A DNA stretch of 55,598 bases from Craspedostauros australis (lineage: Eukaryota): contig JALAGF010006116.1 of assembly GCA_030167865.1 (NCBI GenBank), positions 1 to 55,598 of the forward strand, written 5' to 3'. A program made the position numbers and the translations under genes. The notes under the pieces are model-generated. The model did no database searches. It was not told the DNA's origin and worked only from the letters and a program-made list of their open reading frames with translations. Below are positions 1 through 8,352 of this stretch, in pieces; the stretch's first letter is position 1; each line of letters opens with the position of its first letter.

Positions 1-462
1 TGATCCATCTCCATGATACAGTGATCAAGAGGTCTCTGTCATCGATATTGGCAACAGAGCCTTGAACAAGCTATGAATCAGCAGAGACAAAGTGCTTGCG
101 CATATGTTACCGGACCTCTGTTAGTAGCAAAGTTGAGACAGAAGAGATGGCAGCGAAACTCTCAGAACACGAAGCTCATAAGAGAAGAAAGAGGGATGTG
201 CGTTGCGTGCAACTCAGAGCACACCCATTAATGATCCTATCAACCTTTGGTATCAACAAGTGATGCGATAACATGCAAGGAGCATTCATATCAGAACAGT
301 CTAAACTAGAGCTCTATTCTACAGAAGAGAAGCCGATTCAGTCATGTTGGTCGTCTCTCTGAGTAGGTCACGAACNAGTCACGAGTACCAATGTGAAATC
401 CGAACGTGAGTGCCACATGTGACATGAACACAGGGGTGTGAATGTGAAATGCGATAGGCCTC
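1..462. mobile_element. Possible end of a DNA transposon (PIF/Harbinger- or Tc1-like) inserted into the copia 5' LTR
   Basis: Identity to the 3' LTR stops abruptly at TAA (463-465). The sequence upstream is unrelated to the LTR, ends in ...GATAGGCCTC and carries short subterminal repeats (ATGTGAAAT x2, ATGTGACAT, GTCACGA x2). The other end and a transposase are not visible, and there is an N at 376. Confidence 0.3.
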
Positions 463-521
463 TAATCACAATAACATCATCACACACACAACACATCCCG
501 TATCGTCTCCCGATCATCACA
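463..521 (+). repeat. 5' LTR remnant (last 59 bp)
   Basis: 59/59 identical to 6434-6492; ends in CA directly before the PBS. Confidence 0.95.
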
Positions 522-530
522 GGTTATGAG
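522..530 (+). promoter_or_regulatory. Primer-binding site GGTTATGAG (tRNAiMet half-molecule type)
   Basis: Abuts the LTR end. Complementary to CUCAUAACC, the anticodon loop/stem of initiator tRNA-Met, as in copia/Ty5-type priming. Confidence 0.8.
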
Positions 531-657
531 GAAATAAGCTTTAAGTGCTAATCCTGCTACTCTGTACCCTCTGCTGTTACTGGAAATACCCATCCGCGCA
601 GCTTCCTTTCTCGTCCCTTTCCTCGCTCTCTACAACAAGTTACAACTTCGCCTCATC

Positions 658-2361
658 ATGCCCGCCAAAAACGACCCACTCGGTTCTGACGAACTCAAAG
701 GTCTCACGACCCTCTTCGCCCGCCTCAACTGGCACTGGGCTGGTCTCTTCGTCACTGGCGCCAACATTCAGGACACCCTTGACCTTTGGGACTTCCTCGA
801 GTTGGACGATGAAGCATTCGACGGGTTTCTTGCCGCTTGGGCAAAGAACTCTCCCACTCGCGAGTTTGGTCTCCGCCAGCTCCGCGTGTACTATCGCGAT
901 AACCCCGATGTTGAGTCGTGGGCTTCGACGCTCGACCGCGACACCCTCCGCACGTACAAGCGCGACAGCAGGCCTTCTGCTACTCACGCGGCTGACAAGG
1001 GGCCTCCGCCTCCAGCTGCCGACGCGGCGCTCAAGCCACCGCCTACTGATGCAAATCCTTCTGCCATCGGTGGTACTGCCCCAACTGTGGCTGGCCACTA
1101 CGGCCCAGCCTTGGCCGGTGATGACACGCCTTCGCCGCGTGCGGGTCCACATGGTGCCACCGAGGACGCTCCGCTGGACATCTCAGGTGCTCCTCCCGTG
1201 GCTGCGCCGCCGGCGTCACACGACTTCGTCACCGGCTCCGGACTGCCCTACTCGGCGGCCAATGGCAATCCTGCCGCCACCGCGCACTTCACCTACAAGG
1301 CTGTCCTGTCTCCTCTGGAGCCCGATCGCGATGCCCTGGGTTATTGGCAACGCTGGACCAACCAGTTGTCTGTTGACGACCCCGCCAGTGTGCTCAAGTG
1401 GTACACCCAGCTTCAAGGGGAAGCGGATCGCATTGGCGTGGTACTCGTGCCTCTTTCGCACTTCAACCCGCGGTGCTCTCTCATCCCCAAGAATGCCCCT
1501 CGGGACATTGTCTTCAGGTCTGGAGTCCATCTCAGTCGCAAGCTCCAGGAGGATGGCGTCCTCGATCTGGACAACCCGTCTGTGAAGATGTACCACACAG
1601 CATGTTTTGGAGTCCTCCCACACCGGCTGTCTGGGTATCTCCTTCTCCATCAGGTGCTGCTGGACGCTTTTCAGCGCATCGAGCGCACCGTGAGCCAGGC
1701 CCCCGTGTACTCGGAGTACAAGGACATCGTGCTCTATGCTGATGCGCTTCTTGCATTTCAGCAAACAGAGACCGTGGTCCACAAGCGGCACTTCACTGAT
1801 GTGGAGCTGTCACGCCGATTCCTCGAGGATCTGCGGGCCAATGGCATGGATGTTGGGCATCTCGTCACCTCGTTGGAGCTTCAGCCCCACGCCAAGCGCG
1901 TTCCTCCACATCTGCACGTGTCAGCCCTGGCTCGGTCCATTCACCCTGATCCCACTACGGCCCATCGCCCGGTTGGACACCGTGTTCAGACCAGGTCGTC
2001 TGCTCGGCAAGGAGGTCAAGGAGGGCCCAGAGGTGAGCGCAAGCGGTCTGCTTTCTATCAACCGGACAAAGACGCTTTCTGTGCAGCCTGCCGTCGAGGT
2101 GGCCACAAAGCGGATTCGTGCCTCAACTGGGCCCGTCATCTTGCTTTCGCCGAGCTCCGCGAATCCAAGCCGGACCTGGCGTCTAAGGTACTGGAGAAAT
2201 TCAAGGACACGTACACGCAGGACAAGTCTCGCGCTTTTGCCCGTGCTCTCCAAGTCACCAGTGCCGATCTTGGCACCGAGGGTGCGATGGACGATGACGA
2301 TGTCGCCGAGCATGTTGCACAAATGCTGCTCCAGGATTTTGTGCTTGCTGGCCAGGAATAA
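658..2361 (+). CDS. gag: Retrotransposon Gag (567 aa)
   Basis: ATG ORF just after the PBS; CX2CX4HX4C knuckle CAACRRGGHKADSC at about 2080-2121. Confidence 0.9.
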   Translation: MPAKNDPLGSDELKGLTTLFARLNWHWAGLFVTGANIQDTLDLWDFLELDDEAFDGFLAAWAKNSPTREFGLRQLRVYYRDNPDVESWASTLDRDTLRTYKRDSRPSATHAADKGPPPPAADAALKPPPTDANPSAIGGTAPTVAGHYGPALAGDDTPSPRAGPHGATEDAPLDISGAPPVAAPPASHDFVTGSGLPYSAANGNPAATAHFTYKAVLSPLEPDRDALGYWQRWTNQLSVDDPASVLKWYTQLQGEADRIGVVLVPLSHFNPRCSLIPKNAPRDIVFRSGVHLSRKLQEDGVLDLDNPSVKMYHTACFGVLPHRLSGYLLLHQVLLDAFQRIERTVSQAPVYSEYKDIVLYADALLAFQQTETVVHKRHFTDVELSRRFLEDLRANGMDVGHLVTSLELQPHAKRVPPHLHVSALARSIHPDPTTAHRPVGHRVQTRSSARQGGQGGPRGERKRSAFYQPDKDAFCAACRRGGHKADSCLNWARHLAFAELRESKPDLASKVLEKFKDTYTQDKSRAFARALQVTSADLGTEGAMDDDDVAEHVAQMLLQDFVLAGQE

Positions 2362-2382
2362 CTTCGCTTCCTGGTGAACAGC
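2334..2382 (+). promoter_or_regulatory. -1 programmed ribosomal frameshift signal (G_GAU_UUU + stem-loop)
   Basis: Heptamer 2334-2340 is correctly phased in the gag frame. After a 6-nt spacer comes a hairpin: GCTG-GCCAGGAA (2347-2358) pairs with TTCCTGGT-gaa-CAGC (2368-2382). The pol frame is open from 2298 with no ATG before the protease. Confidence 0.8.
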
Positions 2383-5300
2383 TACGCGACGTCTCAAGTG
2401 AATGCGAGACACTGGTAGGCGCTCCACATGGAGAGGTGTCTTCGCTTGCTCACGCCTACCCACAAGGGCATCCATCCAAGCTGGTGCCCATCGTGGCTCA
2501 TGCTGCGTTGCAACTCTTTGCAGTACAGTCGCGATCATACGACGGCCGTGCATGGCGGACACAAGGCAGTGGTCAGTGCGATCCTGGGGCCAATGTCTGT
2601 GCCACGCCACACCAACAACTGCTGCAGAGATACCGCACGTTCTCAACACCGGTGCTTTTGGAGGCTGCCAATGCTTCTGCTCAAGCCATGGCGTGCCCAG
2701 GTGCTGGCGTCATGCAGTTGCATGGAGGCGGCGACCGTTGTGTGGATGTGCACATGTTGCACTGTCCCCAACTGGCTGACACGCTGGTTTCCCCGCAAGC
2801 CATTGTCCGGCAGTCCGACAACGACTTTCGCGGCTTCTGCGTTGAATCAGGTCCAGGTGGAGCTCGAGTCGTGTTCACATCGGACGCCGGTCCAGTGGTG
2901 GTACCCTTGGTGGTGAGGAATGGCCTGTACTACTTTGAAGGTCCATCATCACAAGTTTTCTCCGTTCGGAGAGCGTCCAAGGCCCTCATCTCGGAGCTGT
3001 GGCACCTTCGTCTGGGGCATGTTGGCATGAGCCAACTGAGTCGACTGGCGAAGTGCGCCACTGGCATACCAGCTGCTGCTGGTGAGGGAATCCATCCCCT
3101 GAGGCACTGTGACACGTGCAGTCGAGCAGGATACCAGCATGCTGTGCGTGGGCCCAACGATTCTACCACTGCCAATGTGCCAGGCGCGCGTTTCCATGTG
3201 GATTTTGGGTTCATGCGCGCGTCCAGTGCGGCGTATGGCAAAGGACGGCCCACCCGCAGCGCTCCTCGAGTGGTACAGTCCATTGATGGGTACTGCGCTT
3301 ATCTCCTCGTCGTGGATGCCTACACGGCATATGTCTGGGTATTCATGACCAAGGACAAATCACCACCAATCTCGGCTGTCAGGCATGTGCTCACTTCCTT
3401 TGGGCGCAAAGACGGATATCGTGCAGTTCGTGTTGACTTGGGAGGCGAACTTGCGCGGTCCGATCAGTTTCGAGAGATGGTCTTGGAGTGCGGGTACTCT
3501 GTGGAGCCCACCGGAGCCGATTGTGCTTGGATGAACAGCAAAGTCGAAAGACTCAACCGGACATTTGGCACAATGGTGCGAGCTCTGCTGTATTCGTCCG
3601 GCATGCACCCACAATTCTGGTCGAAGGCTCTCGCGCATGCGGTCTACCTCAAGAACAGGTTGTATCACTCAAGCATCGGCATGACGCCATATCAGCGCCA
3701 GCATGGGGTGGTACCGGACCTCTCACACTTGCGAGTCTTCGGGTCTCGTGTCACGGTGAAGAAGCCTGGGAAGGCTGCTGCCAAGCTTGACGTCCATACA
3801 TACGATGGCGTTTTTGTTGGACATACCGCCACGCCGTCGCTGCACGAGTACTACAACTTGCAAACAGGTCGGTTCAAGAGAGCTGGGAATATTGTCTTCG
3901 ATGAGGCGCATTTCATGTCCTCTGACAGGCCGCCTGGCCCACAACTTCTCTTCAATCTGGGCTTCGAACAACCGAGTGCTGATGCACCTCGTGATCAAGT
4001 CGTAGATGCTGCTACGTATCCGCCTGCCAGGGTCAAGTACACGAAGGCGCCTACCCTTGCGTGCAGAATACCACTGCCCCTTGGGGATTTGGTCGACAGG
4101 GCAGCACAACATGCATCCGCTGCTAGTTGCCAGACTACGAACGCGGCACATGCGGTGGACATTGAGATGGCCGACGATCCGTTTGGATTCAGCTTCGACC
4201 AACAGATTGCGATCGCTGGCACGGATGCCACCCTTGGGTTGGAGTTCACTTACGATGCCCAGCGTGACCGTCTCGTGCTGGTGATGTGCCGGTCTGGCCA
4301 GCCCTCAGCTCGCATTCCAAGGTGGCGATCAAGACTTCGACACTCGCACCTGCTTGCAATCAACGCGACTTCCATCCACACGCTCGACCAGCTGAAGGCG
4401 TGCATCGATCACCTTCGTGCCAACAAGGCTACAAGTGCCACATTTGTGTTCGCTTTCGACGATGTGCGCAACGCGATGTCGCAGACTGGTGTACCCCAGA
4501 TGTACTTCGATCAACTCCGGCATGTACGGGACATCATCGAGTCCGCGCATCCCAAGGCACACGCCACCAGCGTCACAAATGCTCCAACGAAGTTGACTCG
4601 ACGCATGCTGCGGCAACAGGATGACTGGCCAGAGTGGAGCGCAGCCGAGGACAAACAGCTCGATCAGTACGATGCACAGCAGATGTTTGGTGAACCAGTG
4701 TTACCGCCTGCTCAGGCTGCTGTGTTCAACTGGGTGTGGGTGTACGTCGTCAAAGCGCACAAGAATAACCGGAAGAAAGCTCGAGCGGTTTGCGATGGGT
4801 CAACGCGTGGAGGACACGCTCGCATTTTTGGGCACACCTACGCAGCTACACCGGATTTGACAGAGTTCCGCATTCTTCTGGCAATTGCGGCGATACAAGG
4901 GCTACGAGTGTACGGATCCGACGTGACCAATGCCTTTGCTGAGGCTCCTGCTGGGGAACAACGGTACTACATGAGAGTCGATGACCAGTATCGCTCTTGG
5001 TGGGAGAAGCGGCGAGGCAAGGTTATGCCAAGAGGAGCTGTCATTCCTGTCCACAAAAATCTTCAGGGACATCCGGAAGCGCCCAGACAGTGGAGCAACC
5101 ACGTAAATGGCCTCTTGCGGCAGATGGGGTTCCATGGTACCACGCATGCTCCATGCCTGTATGTGGGAAGCGTCGATGCGTCCAAAGTCTACGTGCTCCG
5201 ACAGGTGGATGATTTTGCAGTCGCGACCTCCACAGAGGATGTCTTCAACAAGTTCTGTGACTCGCTCGATGCGCATCTATTTCAACCCATGACGCGGCAA

Positions 5301-6326
5301 GGACTGATGGTGCACTACAATGGGTTGGACATCGACCAAACCCAAGACTTTGTCAAGGTACATTGCACGTCCTACGTTGACAAGATGCTGGAGAGGTATC
5401 AGTGGCAGAACTTCAAGACCACTCAGCGACTGCCCATGAGATCCGACAATTCATACGTTAAGAGTTTGGACAAGGCTGTCCTGCCAGGTGACGATGACGA
5501 GCGCCGACGAGTGGCGAGCCAGTTCAAGTTTGGTTATCGGCAGGCCATTGGCGAGTTGATTTGGGCCATGATATCGTGTCGACCGGACATCTCGTTCCCA
5601 GTCGTCAAGCTCTCGCAGTTCTCCACCAACCCTGCTGCTCTACACTTCGAAGGGGTGAAATACCTCATGCGGTATGTTGCTGGCACGCGTGACCATGGCG
5701 TGACATATTGGCGCGTCCGACCGCTCGTGGGTCTGCCCCAAGCGCCACATCCTGTCCGGCTGTCACCTACAGACGATGCCGTTCATGATGTCTCTGGCAT
5801 CCAGCAGCTCAATGCTTCCACTCTGTATGGGTACACTGATGCGGATTGGGGTGTTGATATTCGACATCGACGATCGGTGACAGGCATCATCTACATGCTT
5901 GGAGGCGCTGCCGTTGCATGGAAGACGCGGGTGCAACCCACTGTTTCCCTCAGCAGCACTGAGGCCGAATTCGTTGCTGCCAGCGATGCTGGCCGCATGG
6001 CCTTGTGGCTTCGATCCATCCTCGATGAAGTTGGAGTGAAGCAACAGTATGCGACTATGATCTTCGAGGACAATCGCGGTGCTCGGCTGATGGCCAGCGC
6101 CAGTCAGCCTACCCGGAATTCGCGCCACATAGCGATCCGAGAGTTCGCGGTCCTCGATTGGGTGGAGAGAGATCTCCTGACATACCCAGAAGTCGCATCA
6201 GACTTGAATGCATCCGACATTTGCACGAAACAGACACCTGTGGCTCTGTATTTTCGGCACATCGACCTAGTTATGGGTCGACTTGTGCCCTTTTACGTAC
6301 GCAACCGCCACAGCCCGGATATGTAG
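2334..6326 (+). CDS. pol: Retrotransposon Pol (protease, integrase, PDZ-like insert, RT, RNase H), translated as a Gag-Pol fusion of about 1890 aa
   Basis: CDPGAN protease-like motif; LWHLRLGH...CDTC zinc finger; integrase core (HVDFGF, VDLGGE, VERLNRT); RT motif RQVDD; RNase H YTDADW and LSSTEAEFVA; no in-frame stops. Confidence 0.95.
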   Translation, partial: GFCACWPGITSLPGEQLRDVSSECETLVGAPHGEVSSLAHAYPQGHPSKLVPIVAHAALQLFAVQSRSYDGRAWRTQGSGQCDPGANVCATPHQQLLQRYRTFSTPVLLEAANASAQAMACPGAGVMQLHGGGDRCVDVHMLHCPQLADTLVSPQAIVRQSDNDFRGFCVESGPGGARVVFTSDAGPVVVPLVVRNGLYYFEGPSSQVFSVRRASKALISELWHLRLGHVGMSQLSRLAKCATGIPAAAGEGIHPLRHCDTCSRAGYQHAVRGPNDSTTANVPGARFHVDFGFMRASSAAYGKGRPTRSAPRVVQSIDGYCAYLLVVDAYTAYVWVFMTKDKSPPISAVRHVLTSFGRKDGYRAVRVDLGGELARSDQFREMVLECGYSVEPTGADCAWMNSKVERLNRTFGTMVRALLYSSGMHPQFWSKALAHAVYLKNRLYHSSIGMTPYQRQHGVVPDLSHLRVFGSRVTVKKPGKAAAKLDVHTYDGVFVGHTATPSLHEYYNLQTGRFKRAGNIVFDEAHFMSSDRPPGPQLLFNLGFEQPSADAPRDQVVDAATYPPARVKYTKAPTLACRIPLPLGDLVDRAAQHASAASCQTTNAAHAVDIEMADDPFGFSFDQQIAIAGTDATLGLEFTYDAQRDRLVLVMCRSGQPSARIPRWRSRLRHSHLLAINATSIHTLDQLKACIDHLRANKATSATFVFAFDDVRNAMSQTGVPQMYFDQLRHVRDIIESAHPKAHATSVTNAPTKLTRRMLRQQDDWPEWSAAEDKQLDQYDAQQMFGEPVLPPAQAAVFNWVWVYVVKAHKNNRKKARAVCDGSTRGGHARIFGHTYAATPDLTEFRILLAIAAIQGLRVYGSDVTNAFAEAPAGEQRYYMRVDDQYRSWWEKRRGKVMPRGAVIPVHKNLQGHPEAPRQWSNHVNGLLRQMGFHGTTHAPCLYVGSVDASKVYVLRQVDDFAVATSTEDVFNKFCDSLDAHLFQPMTRQGLMVHYNGLDIDQTQDFVKVHCTSYVDKMLERYQWQNFKTTQRLPMRSDNSYVKSLDKAVLPGDDDERRRVASQFKFGYRQAIGELIWAMISCRPDISFPVVKLSQFSTNPAALHFEGVKYLMRYVAGTRDHGVTYWRVRPLVGLPQAPHPVRLSPTDDAVHDVSGIQQLNASTLYGYTDADWGVDIRHRRSVTGIIYMLGGAAVAWKTRVQPTVSLSSTEAEFVAASDAGRMALWLRSILDEVGVKQQYATMIFEDNRGARLMASASQPTRNSRHIAIREFAVLDWVERDLLTYPEVASDLNASDICTKQTPVALYFRHIDLVMGRLVPFYVRNRHSPDM

Positions 6327-6349
6327 CTTTCCGCTGGCTTCGCCAGCGT

Positions 6350-6361
6350 GGGGGGGGGGGG
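6350..6361 (+). promoter_or_regulatory. Polypurine tract (G12)
   Basis: Run of 12 G immediately before the TG of the 3' LTR. Confidence 0.9.
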
Positions 6362-6492
6362 TGTTGGTATACGGTCCCATGACAGACGGTGCAGCAGCAA
6401 ATCCCATGTTCACAGCCTCTGCACAGTCGGAGATAATCACAATAACATCATCACACACACAACACATCCCGTATCGTCTCCCGATCATCACA
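6362..6492 (+). repeat. 3' LTR (131 bp, TG...CA)
   Basis: Starts TGTTGG after the PPT, ends ATCACA; the last 59 bp match 463-521. Confidence 0.93.
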
Positions 6493-7150
6493 CTTTTTGT
6501 TGCCGTGGTGTTTGTTGTGATGGGTGGTCTTCGTGTTCGTGTTCGCATCGCAATTGTGTCAAAACGTGGATACCAATGTTCGCCCATCGACTCGTTGGAC
6601 TAAGAACCAACAAGATTCAAATTCTTCAGAATTTTGCCCTTGCTCTGCGCACGATTTCTCTCAACATCATCGAACAGTTGCGGGAATCCATCGAAACAGA
6701 TCAACGCGACAAACACTGGCCTGATTTTGCGCCATCCGCATCCAAACAAGCCATCCCTCTTTGCGGGATCAAAGATCCTCACTCGTGCGTCAGGGGGCGA
6801 AGCCTCTGTTGTTCTTGATTCCATGTAGCATAGTACTGGCGCCATATCTCGTACCTACACACCTGTACTGTACTTACAGAAGCGTGCTCATGGTCCATGA
6901 TGCTACTACTCATAGTTGGCTGGAGGGGCAATGGTATGCGCGCCCTTTGAGTCGTGAAGCACATCCCACACAAAGGAAGAAGAGCACATCCAGATCATGT
7001 TGATGCAACAGGACAGCAACCGAACAGTTCTGAACGTCCATCATCTTCCTTGTTCCTCGTCCGCCAACCCCGCTCTCACAATCACATCGCATCGCATCCA
7101 ACATCTCCACGGATTGTGAGATACGTTGTGGCCCATCCAGAGACTTCGAG

Positions 7151-8143
7151 ATGATGCTCGGTCAACTTGATTCCTACCTCCTTGCCCTTGCGATCCTGCT
7201 GGTGTTGGCAGTTGCCTCTGCGCAGGCGACAGGACCTGCCCACCAAGGTGGCGATGACCATACGATGCACACAAGTCATGGCGGACTATCGCCCTGTCGA
7301 AACACCACCAAGCTCTGCTACGAGTTCCAATACATACAGCAGTTGGAGCTTGCGTGTGATGATGTGGACGGATGCGGTGAACAGGACATCGAGGCCATAA
7401 CAGATGTAGAGAACGCTCTTTCAGCTTCAATCTTTTCTGGGGTCGATGCATACGTTGCAGACCACGATATTGGGACCTTCGACTACGAGACAAGGACGTT
7501 CAGCTGCTTCGAAGATGAGCTAGACACAGCCGCTTTCCCCGACGGACAAGCAACGGAGCGCTCCCTCCGTGGCACCACATCAACGAGGAACCGTGTCGGC
7601 GGCGTCGAAGAAGGCATGACGTGCGTGAATGTCGTCGGCACGGTGCAGCTGTATCCCCGCAACGGGCTCTCTCCGTACGTGATTGCTGAAAGCGTATCTG
7701 ATCTGAAGGAGATCGTCGTCCAGTCGATCCCCGAAGTTACGGTGAATTACCCATCGTTGCAAGTGCCATTTTACCTCTTCGGCAACTATATACATGTCGC
7801 ATTCAGACTCATCACCGGCTCTGCTCGCAAGACGGTCAGTGATGGCGAGCCACTGCTTGATGCCCTGAAGTACGCCCTGTCAGACTTCCTTCGTGAACAG
7901 GTCGATTCGGCGCCAAACGGGGTGTCCGTTGCGACCGTGCATGATGAAATTCACTGCTGTCCTGTGCGGCGCCCCAAATGTAAAGGTGCACTGTTCGGTG
8001 ACTTCAAGGCATTCACAGACTCGGCCGATGTGAACCTTATGGATGGATTGTACCAGACCGTCGCGATCTTCGGACATGACAATGGTGTGTCGGTGGATTG
8101 GGACGAACTTCCATATGATCCTGACTACTTGCACTTGCACTGA
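7151..8143 (+). CDS. Secreted hypothetical protein (330 aa) with an RXL-type site
   Basis: Signal peptide (LLALAILLVLAVASA|Q), acidic and Cys-containing sequence, ERSLRG motif, coding-like composition. Confidence 0.75.
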   Translation: MMLGQLDSYLLALAILLVLAVASAQATGPAHQGGDDHTMHTSHGGLSPCRNTTKLCYEFQYIQQLELACDDVDGCGEQDIEAITDVENALSASIFSGVDAYVADHDIGTFDYETRTFSCFEDELDTAAFPDGQATERSLRGTTSTRNRVGGVEEGMTCVNVVGTVQLYPRNGLSPYVIAESVSDLKEIVVQSIPEVTVNYPSLQVPFYLFGNYIHVAFRLITGSARKTVSDGEPLLDALKYALSDFLREQVDSAPNGVSVATVHDEIHCCPVRRPKCKGALFGDFKAFTDSADVNLMDGLYQTVAIFGHDNGVSVDWDELPYDPDYLHLH

Positions 8144-8352
8144 ATGGAACGGAATGCAATGGGACGGAAGAGATGAGGCTTCAACCTCCCAATCTTCTCC
8201 TTACGTTTTAGCACTTAAAGAATAGTTTTCCCAAGCATACTTGCACTCTACTGCTCGTAATACTCTTGGAGTGGTATGGTGTGGTATGGCATGGTACAGT
8301 CAGGTGCTCACTTCCAGAGAGCTTCGCTGGTCGAGTACGAGTAGGAGTCCAA

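Larger units (their letters stand above)
463..6492 (+). mobile_element. Ty1/copia LTR retrotransposon, diatom CoDi-like, coding-intact, 5' LTR truncated
   Basis: LTR remnant, PBS, gag with CCHC knuckle, pol in copia order PR-IN-RT-RH, G12 PPT and a 131-bp TG...CA 3' LTR. Confidence 0.97.

Noticed and set aside
1..362. Interrupted reading frame in the first 360 bp
   Set aside because: Broken by TGA stops and no transposase or other motif recognisable.
545..1585. 346-aa ORF overlapping gag
   Set aside because: GTG start, S/P/R/T-rich off-frame translation with no domain signal.
2436..2438. GTG start of pol given by the ORF track
   Set aside because: The frame is open from 2298 and a frameshift signal explains entry; GTG initiation is unlikely in a eukaryote.
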